From an uncultured Chloroflexia bacterium (GTDB lineage Bacteria > Chloroflexota > Dehalococcoidia > SZUA-161): 64,000 bases of DNA. The notes under the pieces are model-generated. The model was not told the origin of the DNA, made no database searches, and was given only the letters and a program-made list of their open reading frames with translations. The stretch lies in contig CAWHAI010000011.1 in the NCBI GenBank assembly GCA_963827295.1, positions 35,726 to 99,725 on the forward strand, read 5' to 3'. A program made the position numbers and the translations under genes. Each line of letters begins with the position of its first letter. Within the stretch, counting starts at the first letter, position 1. Shown in pieces: positions 31,199 through 42,164 of this stretch.

Positions 31199-32146
31199 TT
31201 ATGGGACAGTGGGCAGCGTGAAGCTATGCTTGTTTTTTTTGCCAGGGGTCAGCTTGTCCTTTATGCAAGCCACAAAGCGATCCACAATCCACCAGTAGTA
31301 CTCGGGAGGCATGCGGCTCTTGGGCATATCAGGCACTTCGTTAAAGGCATCGATGACCCACGGCTGGCCCTTCTCATCCACACACCATTCAACCACATTT
31401 GTGTCCATATCAAGACATACATTCAGTCCTATAGTCTGTTCTATGAGTTTGCCCTTTATCTCCTCAATCTCTTTCAAATCCGTATAGAGATACTCACCCA
31501 TGCCCAAAGGTCGCGGTATCCACCTGATGAACAGCACATCCTTCTGATCAATGCAAAAAACCCTGTAGTAATGTACATAGTTTACCTTCTGCTGCACCAG
31601 CCAGATTTTACCTGAACCCACAGACATATGGCGTTCCTTCAATTCCTCCAGATTTTTCACCTCATATACATCGTCCCAGCCGTAGCCGTCTATAGGTTTG
31701 AAGAAGCAGGGGAACCCCACCTCACCGGCAATCCTATCCCAAAACGGTTGAGAGATCATTCCTGCAATTTCCTCGTTAGGTTCCGGGCCTGATACAACAA
31801 ATGATTTGGGAACAGGTATGCCAAGGGACTGAAATATTTTGGCATCAACCAATTTATTGTTGGCTGAAGCTGCAAAAGGGTTATTCACCACATAAGTTCC
31901 GTCTAGAGACATGGTTTTAACCATTTCCTTGAGATAAGGGAAGCGAAAACTCAAACGATCTACAACGACCATGTAGTCGCTGGAGATAGGAACAGGCTGC
32001 TCAGCGAAGGAGAGAAACTCTACAGGGAACTCGCTCAACTTAGACACCACATCAATAATGAAAGGGTCATCTTTCAGTTCGAGAATTCCTATCTTGTTCT
32101 GCTTCATATCCGATACCACCTCTAAACCCCCACAAGTATAGCACAA
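31199..32146 (-). CDS. ATP-grasp domain protein
   Basis: 315 aa; ATP-grasp-like core (GFPCFFKPIDGYGWDDVYEV...). The real start is probably the internal M (MKQNKIGIL). Confidence 0.5.
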   Translation of the reverse strand: MCYTCGGLEVVSDMKQNKIGILELKDDPFIIDVVSKLSEFPVEFLSFAEQPVPISSDYMVVVDRLSFRFPYLKEMVKTMSLDGTYVVNNPFAASANNKLVDAKIFQSLGIPVPKSFVVSGPEPNEEIAGMISQPFWDRIAGEVGFPCFFKPIDGYGWDDVYEVKNLEELKERHMSVGSGKIWLVQQKVNYVHYYRVFCIDQKDVLFIRWIPRPLGMGEYLYTDLKEIEEIKGKLIEQTIGLNVCLDMDTNVVEWCVDEKGQPWVIDAFNEVPDMPKSRMPPEYYWWIVDRFVACIKDKLTPGKKNKHSFTLPTVP

Positions 32147-32307
32147 CGGCTCGCATAGGACATCATCAGCTTTGGCACAGCATATTTCGATGATAAACTT
32201 CTATACTATTACTTTCAACTATCCCATTTTACCCATTTGGGTGATTGAAGGGCTGAGTAAGTTAAGCATATAGTAGTTACAGAATAGCTACCAAGGCAGG
32301 TGCAGAC

Positions 32308-32565
32308 ATGACTAATGATAAATTGACAAACAGCATGCTCACGGTACGAGAGGTAAGCCAGCTACTACACGTCCATAGCAACACGCTGCGACGGTGGAGC
32401 GACCACGGAATACTGAAAGCATATCGCATCGGTCCTCGTGGTGACCGAAGATTCAGGCCAGAGGACATCGCTGTGTTACTGCTGCAGGAAAACAAGGGCA
32501 TACCTCCAGATACCAGTGAGCCGGAAGCAACAGAGAAAATAGAACAGTTTGTAATGTCAAGGTAA
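32308..32565 (+). CDS. Excisionase-family HTH DNA-binding protein (paralog of the island gene at 10846-11097)
   Basis: TVREVSQLLHVHSNTLRRWSDHGILKAYRIGPRGDRRFRPEDIAVLL, compared with the island's ISEVSHLLHAHPNTIRRWSDAGLIKVYRVGVRGDRRFRSEDVAALI. Stop is 4 bp before the response-regulator gene. Confidence 0.6.
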   Translation: MTNDKLTNSMLTVREVSQLLHVHSNTLRRWSDHGILKAYRIGPRGDRRFRPEDIAVLLLQENKGIPPDTSEPEATEKIEQFVMSR

Positions 32566-32568
32566 GCT

Positions 32569-33407
32569 ATGCGCAAGATAGTTACAATGATAATCGATAG
32601 TGAGCCATTTTTCCGCGCCGGCGTGCGGCAGGCGCTATCCCAGCAAGATGACCTCGATATACTGGAGTGTGATCCAGGAGAAGAAGATAAAGAAGCAATA
32701 GCACGAATCTCAGCAAGTTCACCAGATGTGGCATTACTAAGCATTGACTATCCTACCCTCAAAGGGCTCGAGCTAGGCAGGAAGATAGCACGGACATTCC
32801 CCGGCCACCAAGGTAGTTATGCTAAGCGCAAACCCCGATGAAGATGATGAGGAACTCTTTGAAGTATCAAGACAGGAGCAGTAGCATATCTGAGGGTAGT
32901 ATGCTAAGGCAAACCCGATGAAGATGATGAGGAACTTTGAGAGTTATCAAGACAGGAGCAGTAGCATATCTAAGGAGCAAGACCTGCACCCCTTCAGAGC
33001 TGATTAGCATCATTAAGCAAGCTTCCTGCGGTGAGTATCCCATAAACGAGTGTGTCAACAGCAGGCCCCAGGTCGCCTGGCGCGTGTTAAGGCAGTTTCA
33101 GGAAGTAGCCGCACTGGGTATGACCATAGAAGATATAACCACACCTCTTACCACTAAAGAGGTGCAGATTCTAACCCATATCGCTGAGGGGAACACAAAT
33201 AAGCGAATCGCATCTCTACTCGGCATCAGTGAGCAGACGATTAAGAACCATGTAAGCGCTATTCTGCGTAAGCTGAATGCCAATGATAGAGCACACGCAG
33301 TGTTTCTAGCATTACGTAACGGCTGGATCTCTGTCGAGGTTGGCAACAACGGGAAATATCAAGGGGAACATGTCATCCCTGGGGCACATACCGACAATCC
33401 ACTTTAG
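32569..33407 (+). CDS. NarL/FixJ (LuxR)-family response regulator, interrupted by an imperfect tandem duplication of about 83 bp
   Basis: REC domain (ORF 32569-32841, ...DVALLSIDYP). LuxR HTH (ORF 32937-33407, TTKEVQILTHIAEGNTNKRIASLLGISEQTIKNHVSAILRKL). Duplicated block ggtagt(t)atgctaag...catatct at 32812-32894 and 32895-32974. Confidence 0.75.
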
Positions 33408-33469
33408 GCCAGGTCTTCAACTTGCATCGATTGACTAGCTGCTGCAAGTTATAATCAAGAGTATCCCTA

Positions 33470-33676
33470 TCATAGAACGAGCGGCCCAAACCCCATTTCC
33501 GCCTTAAGATTCCATTTGCCCAACGGGCATTCTATCAACTGCTCATTCTTTAACTTTAGAACCCAGGTGCCATCGGGTAAATGGCAGAATTCATCACGTT
33601 TTTCCTCACCCAGTTCAACCTGAAAGTATTCGCACTCACTGGGGCAAAGGTTTGTGCTATCTAGAATCAAAATCAT
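33470..33676 (-). CDS. Hypothetical small Cys-containing protein
   Basis: 68 aa ORF with four Cys; no family. Confidence 0.25.
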   Translation of the reverse strand: MILILDSTNLCPSECEYFQVELGEEKRDEFCHLPDGTWVLKLKNEQLIECPLGKWNLKAEMGFGPLVL

Positions 33677-33869
33677 CTACCGCTCCTCTCACAACCCACA
33701 AGCCCACTTTGGGATAAATTCGGCAGCCGGAAAGGGAAGAGATTATAGTAAAAGCTTGCGAAAAGAAGCTCAGGCTGCTTATTTATGTGAAATGGCAGAC
33801 CTTAATATTGTTCCGACTGACGCAGCGCGCGAATATAAACGGACAAGAAAACACCGGTAACTGTGTTAC

Positions 33870-34034
33870 TCAGTTAGGCGCAAATGCCTCGCAAGCCTGG
33901 GAATCAACCCTCACCTGCATCCCGTATTTGAGACCCCCATGCTTGGCACAAGTGCAATTGAAGAACTTTTTATCCTTTTCCAGCTTGAAATTCTTGCAGT
34001 TACCGCATACAGATTGCTTCACCTGATTTGCCAT
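33870..34034 (-). CDS. Hypothetical small zinc-ribbon-like protein (54 aa)
   Basis: Manual translation: MANQVKQSVCGNCKNFKLEKDKKFFNCTCAKHGGLKYGMQVRVDSQACEAFAPN (C-x2-C ... C-x-C ... C). Below the ORF-track cutoff. Confidence 0.3.
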   Translation of the reverse strand: MANQVKQSVCGNCKNFKLEKDKKFFNCTCAKHGGLKYGMQVRVDSQACEAFAPN

Positions 34035-34227
34035 CTGCCACCCCTTAATAAAATGTTACAAGTTTATCCCCCAGTTTTCAGATAGGGGGACTGAATGCCT
34101 AGTTATTATAACATCAATTTCTCACTTCGACCAGTGCATGCGCGAATCAAGATGTCGCGCTTGACAGGAAAAATATAAGAGCACATAATGAAATTTAAAG
34201 CATCATTCAATAGGGGGTAATTAGCAG

Positions 34228-35187
34228 ATGTGGTTGCAAGTTAGGTTATACCTTTTAATAGGCTTAATGTTTGGGCTTCTTTATGCCCTTATCGTTGGGA
34301 TATCTGCCGCCTTCGGTGTCACTAATTTCGCTTACTACGCAATCCTAGCATTTGTGATGGTGGGCTTACAGTATCTTCTCGGCCCCACCATGATAGGCTG
34401 GGCCATGAAGGTAAGATATGTATCCGAGCAAGAGTCGCCTGAGTTACACCAGATGGTTGCAGAGCTTGCTAGAAGCGCGGGGATACCTAAACCAAAGGTA
34501 GGTATATCAAAGTTGTCTATTCCCAATGCTTTCGCTTTTGGCAGATTCAGAGGCGATGGCAGGGTTTGCGTTACCGAGGGCATTCTTCGACTGCTCAACA
34601 AAGATGAACTAAGGGCAGTACTGGGTCATGAGATATCCCATATCAAACACCGCGATATGGCACTGATCACACTACTCAGTGTAGTACCCATGATTTGCTG
34701 GTATATTGCCTGGGGCCTGATGTGGGCGAGAGGCGGTCGAGACCGCAACGGAGGCTATGCCGCGCTCATCGGACTGGGGGCTTTCGCGCTCTATTTCATA
34801 ACCAACCTGCTTGTGCTCTATGGTTCCCGAATCAGGGAGTATTACGCCGATTTAGGAAGTGTTCAGACCGGAAACGCCCCACATCATCTTGCCACCGCTC
34901 TTTACAAGCTAGTCTACGGCAACGCCAGGATGCCCAAGGAAGCACTTAAGCAGGCAGAAGGGCTCAAGGCTTTCTTCATCAATGACCCCTCCAGAGCCTG
35001 GAACGAGATCAGGGAGCTTAAACAGATTGACTTAGACATGAGCGGTACTATAGACAGCGATGAGCTCATGGCGTTAAGGTCTAAAAAGGTACGTATCAGC
35101 ACAAAAGACAAGCTGATGGAGATATTCAGCACCCATCCCAACATGCTGAAGCGGATCAAAAACCTTTCATCACTGACGCCTGGATAG
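34228..35187 (+). CDS. htpX: Zinc metalloprotease HtpX homolog (M48 family)
   Basis: Multiple TM helices; HEXXH = LGHEISHIKHRDM; downstream Glu. Confidence 0.8.
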   Translation: MWLQVRLYLLIGLMFGLLYALIVGISAAFGVTNFAYYAILAFVMVGLQYLLGPTMIGWAMKVRYVSEQESPELHQMVAELARSAGIPKPKVGISKLSIPNAFAFGRFRGDGRVCVTEGILRLLNKDELRAVLGHEISHIKHRDMALITLLSVVPMICWYIAWGLMWARGGRDRNGGYAALIGLGAFALYFITNLLVLYGSRIREYYADLGSVQTGNAPHHLATALYKLVYGNARMPKEALKQAEGLKAFFINDPSRAWNEIRELKQIDLDMSGTIDSDELMALRSKKVRISTKDKLMEIFSTHPNMLKRIKNLSSLTPG

Positions 35188-35235
35188 GCTGAGGAACTCA
35201 CGACAGCGCAGAGGTAATAGAAATAATCAGTATGA

Positions 35236-35949
35236 TTATTTCTTGAAGAGACGAAGGAATCTATCCTCGTAATCCCCGAACAGGCCCCATCTATCGAGTT
35301 CAACTTTCAGCGCGGAGGGGTCTAGTTCACCCTTTTCTACAAGGGCGAAAAGTTGCTCGATAGATTGTCTGGCATCTCTGGGGATGCCCCTGGAATCCAC
35401 ATCCAGCAGGCCATTTCTATCCAATTCAAAGACATTGCTATCTAAAGAATACCTGGTCATGTCAAAGATGAATTTCAGCAAGGAAACGTCCCATAGCTCA
35501 TCCACGCCTTTGATGATTGTGGCGAGTTGGTCTCCTTCCATATCTATCTTATCAGCAAGCTTGCGCACCACAGAGTCCATATCAGAGGATACGATGTTCA
35601 ACTCCTTGGGTTCATTCTTATAACCGTAAAAGAGCCCCCGGGTATAGGGCCCGTACTCCCTAGCTATCATATCGAGATAACGTTTGGCATGTTCGCTAAA
35701 CCCCTCCACATTAGCCAGATAATATGGCGTCACCACCTTAGGTTTCTCCGCCCGCACCCTGCCCTCCCTGACCACTGTCTCCCCCTCACCTTCTACAAGC
35801 TCCTTATATGATGGCTCAGTGAGCAAATAATAATAAATATTGGTTGTGCCAAAGGTGGACAGGGTTTGCTTCGGAGGGCGCAAAACCACGGTATGGCTTA
35901 TGGCATATTCAATTTTTTCGTCACTTGTACTCATATCAGTTGAATCCAC
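35236..35949 (-). CDS. Conserved hypothetical protein
   Basis: 237 aa ORF; no recognisable domain. Confidence 0.45.
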   Translation of the reverse strand: MDSTDMSTSDEKIEYAISHTVVLRPPKQTLSTFGTTNIYYYLLTEPSYKELVEGEGETVVREGRVRAEKPKVVTPYYLANVEGFSEHAKRYLDMIAREYGPYTRGLFYGYKNEPKELNIVSSDMDSVVRKLADKIDMEGDQLATIIKGVDELWDVSLLKFIFDMTRYSLDSNVFELDRNGLLDVDSRGIPRDARQSIEQLFALVEKGELDPSALKVELDRWGLFGDYEDRFLRLFKK

Positions 35950-36075
35950 GGGGGCTTAGAAACTCTTAACCAACCACCTAAGTCCCCCAATCTTGGGGGG
36001 CTATTAAGCTGAAGGATACCCCCAGACCCCAAGCAAAAAGGCTCCACCCCTCTGCACTCCTCAAGCGGTAGCAGC

Positions 36076-37062
36076 CTAAATATGCAACTCTACTATATCG
36101 CCCTCCTCAAGGACATGCCCTCTGCTCACTTTCTGACCATCGAATTTCCCTGAGCCCCATACCTGAGCATATTTTAAGTTCCTGAGGAAGTCCTTATGGA
36201 CAGACCCAGCTGCCTCTTCAACCGTGCTCCCTTTCTTGAGTATCACCGGCTCATTTAAATCCGCTTTCGCGCCAGGTGATTTGGTATATACTCTAATTAT
36301 GTCAAGCATTTCGTAGATAATGCGCTTCATCTCCTCCAGACCTGTCCCCCTCTGTGCAGAGATGGAAACCACAGGAAGCTGGCCACCATAGCGCAACCTG
36401 AGTATCTTATAGTTCTCACCCGCATTGTTCAAGTCGTTTTTGCTCCCCACAATGAGAGCCTTCTTCTGAGCTACACCAATCAATAGCTCATCCTTCACTT
36501 CCATCCCAATGAGCTTAACCTTCACCCCTTCCAACTCCGCCATTATGACATCCATCTGCATTAGAGGATCTTCGCCCAAGTCCACCATAACCAACAAAAT
36601 ATCGGCGTTCCTCAGCAGATGAGAAAGCCACGGCTTCGCCTCGCGGTCTATTAAAGGCGGCATATCTACAAGCTGAATCTGAATGTTCTCAAATCTCATC
36701 ATTCCGGGCATAGGGACTTTGGTGGTAAAGGGATAATTCGCTACCTCAGTGACTGCCTCGGTGAGAGTAGCTAAGAGTTGAGATTTACCTGCATTAGGTA
36801 GTCCAACCAGTACAACCTGCCCAGCCCCTTCTTTTCTTACATTGTATGCGCTCCCCTTCTTGGGAAGAGAAGGCCTTCGCTGGGCTTCTTCCTGGTGCTT
36901 GGCCATCCTCCTTCTCAGATCTGCCCGCAGATGGTCTGTACCCTTGTGCTTGGGCATGACAGCGAGCATAGCCTCCAAGGCTTCTACCTTCTCCTCGGAA
37001 GTCTTGGCAGACCTGTAAATCTTCTCAGCTTCGTGGTATTGTGGAGGCAGGTTTGCCGGCAT
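36076..37062 (-). CDS. Obg/DRG-family GTPase with C-terminal TGS domain
   Basis: G1 GLPNAGKS, G2 YPFTT, G3 VDMPP, G4 SKND. C-terminal TGS-like (IVELH). Confidence 0.7.
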   Translation of the reverse strand: MPANLPPQYHEAEKIYRSAKTSEEKVEALEAMLAVMPKHKGTDHLRADLRRRMAKHQEEAQRRPSLPKKGSAYNVRKEGAGQVVLVGLPNAGKSQLLATLTEAVTEVANYPFTTKVPMPGMMRFENIQIQLVDMPPLIDREAKPWLSHLLRNADILLVMVDLGEDPLMQMDVIMAELEGVKVKLIGMEVKDELLIGVAQKKALIVGSKNDLNNAGENYKILRLRYGGQLPVVSISAQRGTGLEEMKRIIYEMLDIIRVYTKSPGAKADLNEPVILKKGSTVEEAAGSVHKDFLRNLKYAQVWGSGKFDGQKVSRGHVLEEGDIVELHI

Positions 37063-37090
37063 CTCGTCAACTCCAAGCCATTTTTATGCC

Positions 37091-37678
37091 TTAGCGGACG
37101 CTCAGAATCTCCTTCTTGTAGTCTTCAAGCAGTCTGAGGTATTGTGAGTCCAATTGAGCCAGAACACGGCGCCACTCCTGTTGAAATTGGGGGTGGCTTT
37201 CCACATTTATTTTCTGAGGAGGCAATGCACCCTGCTGCTGGGCTGCCTGCATCAACTTCGCCTCGAAATCCCGCTTCACAGCCTCGTAGGTCTGTCTGCG
37301 CTGTTGCTCGCCCTCTTTCTCGTAGTGACTGAAAACGCGTCTCATCTTGGTATACACATTCTCGATGCCCACCTTGTCGCGCTTCATCTCTTTGATGGCT
37401 TCCATGACTTTTTTATTCTTCCTCTTTGCAGCCTCGTTTCTGGGCAAGTCTATGTTTCTGATAAAGACCCCTTGGGTGCCCTCGATTACGTGCTTTCTTA
37501 ATTGATCATCATACTTGCCGACCTCAGCAGTGAGGTCGAATTCATCCCTCAGGTATCTGGCAGCCAGCTTCTCACCTTCAGGGATATACTTCCATTTTTT
37601 AAAATCCTCTTCCGAAGCCTTACCCAGGCTCTCAGCTCTTTCCATCGCCCGCTCAAAGGCGCTCTTCATCTCGTCCAT
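37091..37678 (-). CDS. Hypothetical charged/coiled-coil protein
   Basis: 195 aa ORF. Confidence 0.4.
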   Translation of the reverse strand: MDEMKSAFERAMERAESLGKASEEDFKKWKYIPEGEKLAARYLRDEFDLTAEVGKYDDQLRKHVIEGTQGVFIRNIDLPRNEAAKRKNKKVMEAIKEMKRDKVGIENVYTKMRRVFSHYEKEGEQQRRQTYEAVKRDFEAKLMQAAQQQGALPPQKINVESHPQFQQEWRRVLAQLDSQYLRLLEDYKKEILSVR

Positions 37679-37822
37679 TCTTAACCCTCCCTGCTTTTCC
37701 CCTAAAGAACAGTCGAAGCTATTCTACCATCTTCACTGTGGATAGACAACGCTCTCAGGTAAAACAAGGTGGGTTGACAGCGCACTTAAGGGCATGATAG
37801 GCTAACACGGTGAGGGTACTGC

Positions 37823-39163
37823 ATGTGTGATGTTCGACCGTTTTGCGGCCTGCGTTACAACTTGCAGCGAATCCCCAACCCCTCCTCAATCATCACCCCA
37901 CCCTACGATGTAATCTCCAATGAGGAACGTCTACTTTATTACCGCAAGAGCCCCTACAACATCATCAGGCTGGAGTATGGCGAGGGTCAGCCCGGAGATT
38001 CGGCAGACAGTAACAAGTACACGCGCGCTGCTGCTACATTGGATGCCTGGCTCAAAGAGGGGATACTGGTTCGGGAGGAGCGTCCTGCCGCGTACATCGT
38101 AGAGCATCGTTTCCCCTATCAGGACACCACCAAGAACCGTCTGGGGCTCCTTGCCAGGGTGCGGCTGGAAGAGCTGGACAATAACGGGCCGATTCGCCCT
38201 CACGAGAGAACGACAAAAGAGCCTGCCGTGGACCGTCTCAACCTGCTCAGGGCCTGCCGTGCCAACATCAGCCCCATAATGGGGCTGCTCAGAACCAAGA
38301 AAGGTGAGGTGGTGAAGCTGCTGCGCGGGCTTACCAAGAGGGAGCCCGATCTCAGCACTACCGATAGCTACGGAGTGAACTACCGAGTGTGGGTGATAAC
38401 CGATGAAGCAGCTTTAGAGAAGCTATCTCAGCTCTTCACCAACAGGACGATTTACATAGCAGACGGGCACCACAGATATGAGACAGCCCTGCGCTACCGG
38501 GATGAACAGCGCGTTGCCCGCAACTCCTACACCGCAGAAGAGCCTTTCAACTTCGTGATGATGAGCCTGATGGACTCGCATGACCCCGGCCTGGTCATGC
38601 TGCCTACCCATCGCCTCGTGCGAGGCCTCGAAACCCAGAAGCTGGCTCAGCTTGAGCAGACGCTTTCCCCTTACTTCAGCGTGGACAGCCTCCTCCCCTC
38701 CCTGCCAACCCTCTCAGAGACCATCCAGAGCTGGCTAAGAACACTGGAGACAGAAGGGAAACGAGTCACCGTACTGGGCCTCTACGGGCTGCATGAGAAG
38801 AAGCTATGCCTGCTGAAGCTGAAACGAAACGCTGACTTACAAAAAGTGATACCGTCGGAGGAGCTAAGCCTGTGGAAGAAATTAGACGTGGCTTTGCTGC
38901 AGCAAATCGTTTTGAGAGACGCACTGGGTATAGATACCCTGGAAAAAGAGGCTGAGCACCTCGAATTCACCCGAGATGCACTGGAGGCTGTATCAAAGGT
39001 TAATTCAGGAGCATATCAAATGGCTTTCTTCATCAACCCTACGCGCGTCTCGACAGTACTTGAGGCAGCCGACTACGGCAAGAGGTTGCCCCAGAAATCC
39101 ACCTACTTCTACCCCAAGACACCGGCAGGCCTGGTAATTAACCCCCTATGGGATAACGCCTAA
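37823..39163 (+). CDS. DUF1015-family conserved protein
   Basis: 446 aa; IYIADGHHRYETAL motif typical of DUF1015/COG4198. Confidence 0.6.
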   Translation: MCDVRPFCGLRYNLQRIPNPSSIITPPYDVISNEERLLYYRKSPYNIIRLEYGEGQPGDSADSNKYTRAAATLDAWLKEGILVREERPAAYIVEHRFPYQDTTKNRLGLLARVRLEELDNNGPIRPHERTTKEPAVDRLNLLRACRANISPIMGLLRTKKGEVVKLLRGLTKREPDLSTTDSYGVNYRVWVITDEAALEKLSQLFTNRTIYIADGHHRYETALRYRDEQRVARNSYTAEEPFNFVMMSLMDSHDPGLVMLPTHRLVRGLETQKLAQLEQTLSPYFSVDSLLPSLPTLSETIQSWLRTLETEGKRVTVLGLYGLHEKKLCLLKLKRNADLQKVIPSEELSLWKKLDVALLQQIVLRDALGIDTLEKEAEHLEFTRDALEAVSKVNSGAYQMAFFINPTRVSTVLEAADYGKRLPQKSTYFYPKTPAGLVINPLWDNA

Positions 39164-39164
39164 G

Positions 39165-40025
39165 TTAAATTTTCTTAACCTGCTCAGCCAAACCAAAGAA
39201 CCTCAAGGCATTCTCGGTGGTTTTGGCAGCGACGACATCTTCTGCAAGACTTTTTATGTGGGCGACCGCCTTCAGAGACCTTACGATATCAGCAGGATAG
39301 GCCTGGTATTTAATTTCCCTCCCATAAGTAACAGGGCAATCCGTCTCCAGCATCAAATTCTCCAGCGATGTTTCCCTGATAGCTCTTTTATGCTCATCGT
39401 GGTATTCTCCGGCAGGGGTGGCGGAGATAAAGTAACCCTCGTTGATTATCTCGCGCAGCACGCTGGAGAACCCCGTGTACCAGTGGAAAACAGCTTTTTT
39501 CACCCCCGATTCTTTGACCAAGTCAAAGCTGTCTTTCCAGGAGTACCTGGCATGCACGCTTACCGCTTTATTGTATTTCCTAGCTATCTCAAGCGCAGCC
39601 TTGAAATATTCTTTCTGGCGCTCTTTATCCGCCGAAGCTATGATTCTTTTATCATAGTCCAGGCCGATCTCGCCGACTGCCACCGCCTTCTCTATATTCT
39701 CTTCGATTAGCCTCAAGTTCAGGTCTGTTTTAGAAGCGGCTGCGGTGCCCAAGCTCCAGGGGTGCAAGCCCAGCCCGGCATAGACAAAACCCTTATACTT
39801 TTCAGACATCTCCAGTATCTTGACATTAGACTTGTAGTCCTGCCCAACAGCGATAATCGCTACCAAGCCCACACTTTTCGCTTCCTCGATGGCTTTATCG
39901 AGTTCATTTACCTCGTCGAGATGAGCATGGGTGTCAATCAGTTTGAGGACTTTCGTATTCATTTCAATCCCGCCTGAGCCGAGGCAGACACGTGGGTCTG
40001 CCCCTACAGACATAAGGGCGTTCAA
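39165..40025 (-). CDS. tatD: TatD-family metal-dependent hydrolase (DNase)
   Basis: IDTHAHLD motif; TIM-barrel hydrolase pattern. The real start is probably the internal M before KVLKLIDTHAHLD. Confidence 0.8.
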   Translation of the reverse strand: MNALMSVGADPRVCLGSGGIEMNTKVLKLIDTHAHLDEVNELDKAIEEAKSVGLVAIIAVGQDYKSNVKILEMSEKYKGFVYAGLGLHPWSLGTAAASKTDLNLRLIEENIEKAVAVGEIGLDYDKRIIASADKERQKEYFKAALEIARKYNKAVSVHARYSWKDSFDLVKESGVKKAVFHWYTGFSSVLREIINEGYFISATPAGEYHDEHKRAIRETSLENLMLETDCPVTYGREIKYQAYPADIVRSLKAVAHIKSLAEDVVAAKTTENALRFFGLAEQVKKI

Positions 40026-40073
40026 TTGAACGCCCTTACAAAGATAATACCAATAAAGTCAATATCCTAGCAT

Positions 40074-40985
40074 CTATTTCGCGATAAGGTCATACACCTC
40101 GATATTGTGATCGGCCATCCTTTGAATCTCCGCAATCTCCTGCTTCTTGCCTGCCCCTTCCAAAAGATGCCTGAACCTCACCTGCCCCTTCAGGTATTCC
40201 TCCACCGGAACCCTCTGGGGAATCTTCTGCGACGTAACCACGCCATTCTCTATCTCAATCAATGGACAAAGGCCCGGTATTCACTGCCAGCCTGGCTAAT
40301 CGATAGTTTTAGATGGCTCAGTACCCCATCCCAGAGGACAGGGAACATGAATCTGTACATACTTGGGGCCACGTATAGAGAGAGCCTTCCTCACTTTTCT
40401 ATCCAGGTCCATGGGATAACCCACCGAAGCAACAGCCACATAAGGTATGCCATGGGCGGCAGCAATCTGTGGCAGGTCTTTCTTCGGCCTGAGGTTGCCC
40501 AGGGAGGCCTTGCCTGGAGGGCTGGTGGTAGTACGAGCATAGGTAGGAGTCGAGCCGCTACGCTGGATGCCAGTATTCATATAAGCTTCGTTGTCGTAGC
40601 AAACATACAGGATATCGTGGCCCCGCTCAAACATGCCAGAGATAGCGCCAAATCCTATGTCGAAAGTGGAACCATCGCCACCCTGAGCAATGACTCTCAC
40701 TTTGTCCAGACGTCCCAAGGTTTTCAACGCTGCCTCAACCCCTGAGGCCACCGCTGCCGTGTTCTGGAACAAAGAGTGCAGCCAGGGCACCTCCCACGCC
40801 GATTCGGGATATTTAGAGGTGAATATCTCCAGGCATCCGGTGGAGTTGACTATTATAACATTACGCCCTGCTGCCCTCACCACCAGGCGAGCTGCCAATG
40901 ATTGGCCACATCCAGGGCATGCGGTATGTCCCGAACATAATAAATGGTCGACGAATTTATCACGCTCTTTTACTAACTCAGGCAT
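40074..40985 (-). CDS. porB: Pyruvate/2-oxoacid:ferredoxin oxidoreductase beta subunit (TPP-binding), frameshifted
   Basis: CPGCG, and TPP motif [11 protein letters not shown]. The C-terminal fragment is ORF 40074-40262. Confidence 0.8.
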
Positions 40986-42164
40986 TTATACCCTCCAGTT
41001 CCAGGTCCGTCCTTAAGCCGATGAACTCGCATACTTATGAGCTGCTGCTGAGCCTTCTCTATGGCATATTTCAAATCGTCCATTGTGACATCTCTGCCGC
41101 CTAAGCCAATGACAAAGCCGCTGATCTTGGGAGGGCTGGACGGCCATGGAACACAGACCTTAACTCAACAGCTAGAGGGGCGCTGCCCCCCAGTGAGAGA
41201 GCCTTCTCGATTACAACGATATTTTGGGCGCCTTTCAGCGCCTCATACAGAGCCTCTTCGGGGAAAGGACGATAGGTTATGAGACGCAGCACCCCAACCT
41301 TCTGCCCTGTATTCCGCAGTTCATCAACCACATCCTTAATAGTACCTGCCATCGAGCCCAGAGCCACCACTACCGTCGAGCATCGTCAACACGATATTTT
41401 TCAAAAAGCCCGCCGGCTGCACGCCCAAAGGTACTTTTAAACTCCCGAGATACCTCCTCGATTATGGGAATGGATGCTTCCATAGTGCGCTGAATCATGT
41501 ATCGAGCTTCCATGTATTTGTCGGGCTCGGCAAAAGCACCCATAGTCAACGGATTGTCGGGGTCTAATTTGTATAAGGGCTGATATGGAGGCAAATAGGC
41601 ATCTATCTCTTTCTGGCTGGGGAGATCCACCACCTCGAAGGCATGGGGCAAGACAAAGCCATCCACACAAACCATCACCGGCAACATCACCCGGTGGTCT
41701 TCCGCAATTTTATACGCCTGAAAAACCAGGTCGCAGGCCTCCTGATTATTCTCAGCGTATAATTGAATCCAGCCACTGTCCCTCATACTAATTGAGTCCT
41801 GCTGGTCATTCCAGATATTGAGCGGTGCTGATACCGCACGGTTGGCGTTGACCATCACCACAGGGAGTCGCATGCCAGCGATATTGAAGACCACCTCGCC
41901 CATATACAGAAGCCCCTGAGACGAGGTAGCAGTGAAAACCCGAACGCCGGTGGCGCTGGAACCCAGAACCAACGATGCCGCCGAATGCTCGCCTTCCACA
42001 TTGATGAACTCCGTATCCAGCCCGCCATCAGCTACTATCGAGGCTAACTCCTCGACAATGAGCGTCTGTGGAGTTATAGGGTAGGCCGAGATGACTTTGG
42101 GGCGGCATAGGGTCACTGCCTCGGCTATTGCCCGACAACCTTGTATCATTCTTCCTTTAAGCAT
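40966..42164 (-). CDS. porA: Pyruvate/2-oxoacid:ferredoxin oxidoreductase alpha subunit, frameshifted near the 3' end
   Basis: ORF 41370-42164 plus ORF 41101-41370. The C-terminus (...[23 protein letters not shown]...) reads in another frame and overlaps the porB start. Confidence 0.75.

Noticed and set aside
32812-32974. Tandem repeat considered as a possible CRISPR or minisatellite.
   Set aside because: There are only two copies, both inside a coding sequence, no spacers, and no cas genes. It behaves like a noisy duplicated gene segment.
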